NCBI RefSeq assembly: GCF_030144855.1
Contig: NC_082734.1
Span: 30,690,001-30,754,000, forward strand
Source of the DNA: Hypanus sabinus
Lineage: Eukaryota
Length of the DNA: 64,000 nucleotides
Reading direction: 5' to 3'
Part shown: positions 63,009-64,000 of the stretch, in pieces
How positions within the stretch are numbered: the first letter of the stretch is position 1
Layout of the letters: each line of letters opens with the position of its first letter
Notes under the pieces: generated by a model
Database searches by the model: none
What the model was told of the DNA's origin: nothing
Seen by the model: only the letters and a program-made list of their open reading frames with translations
Position numbers and translations under genes: made by a program

Positions 63009-63401
63009 TTATTTGTCCTTGGGGTTGGCGGGTCCGCCGGATTTCTTGGGCAAAAGCACGGCCTGGATATTGGGCAGTACCCCGCCCTGAGCGATGGTCA
63101 CCCCTCCCAGCAGCTTGTTGAGCTCCTCGTCGTTGCGGACGGCCAGCTGCAGGTGCCTGGGGATGATGCGGGTCTTCTTGTTGTCTCGGGCCGCGTTGCC
63201 GGCCAACTCGAGGATTTCAGCCGTCAGGTACTCGAGTACCGCAGCCAGGTAGACTGGGGCTCCGGCACCCACTCGTTCAGCATAATTACCCTTTCTCAGG
63301 TGCCTGTGATCACGGCCCACCGGGAACTGCAGTCCGGACCGAGACGAGCGAGACTTGGGCTTGCTCTTAGCCTTACCACCGGTTTTCCCTCATCCACTCA
63401 T
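63009..63401 (-). pseudogene. H2A: H2A pseudogene (copy 7)
   Basis: TGA at codon 4 (63390-63392); A21S, V30D, G128D. Confidence 0.92.
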
Positions 63402-64000
63402 TTCCACACACTCCTGAACAGAGAATGAGAAGATTGTTCCACGTTCGCCGTTTTTATAGGTTCTGGGGGATTGCGGAGGGGCACTTACGATTGGTGCTGC
63501 AGCACTTTCTCCAATTGCTGCTTTGGAATTAACCAATCAGCGAGTGTCCAATTCTCCAATGACCAGACGGCAGCGGGAAAAGTGCGGAAAATGACTGTCA
63601 GTACCTAAAATTACCTGAAATTTTAAAAGCCCGCCAAGGGAAAAAAATTAAACTGTAGTACAAACAAAGCTGTCAGCAATATCTGAGCGAGCATATACAG
63701 CCCACATGACCAGTCCTATTCTGTCCGCACGGAAAGTAAATTAATTATATCATAACTGTCTCTGGGAATGTATCCCTTTTTGTGAAAACACATCACATCA
63801 TCGAAAGGTCTCTTCACAAACTATGGTGGAAGCACAGAAACAGCGATATGAGAGTTAATTTATTCTCATACAGATTCAGGGCACTTAGGAAACAGTATAG
63901 TGGAGTAATTGAGAGGCTTTACTTCATAACTCGAATACAAACAACAGCAAACACATAAATCCTATTCAACCTCATTCATTGTCACCGAAAAGTTTCACTG

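Overview
Eukaryotic, vertebrate DNA; the repeat content suggests a cartilaginous fish such as a ray or shark (inference). The window is an irregular tandem array of ~6.4-10.4 kb units, each ending in a minus-strand replication-dependent histone H2A gene: 7 copies, all with a 3' stem-loop and HDE. Only two H2A copies are intact (7452-7844, 33596-33988). The other five share one CGA>TGA nonsense change at codon 4. A plus-strand, Arg-rich H2B variant lies tail-to-tail with H2A in two units (11815, 31525; both partly N-masked) and is deleted from the other five through two different deletions. No H1, H3 or H4 was seen. The rest of each unit is nested transposable-element debris: old CR1 fragments, a SINE-like remnant, a near full-length CR1 LINE, and a solo LTR inside that CR1. 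The window starts with the 5' LTR, PBS and gag of a Gypsy element. The least expected signal is an inverted, degenerate copy of the H2A promoter just downstream of every H2A, pointing back into the gene. I see histone birth-and-death evolution and a few testable oddities, not a proven new system. All alignments were done by eye.
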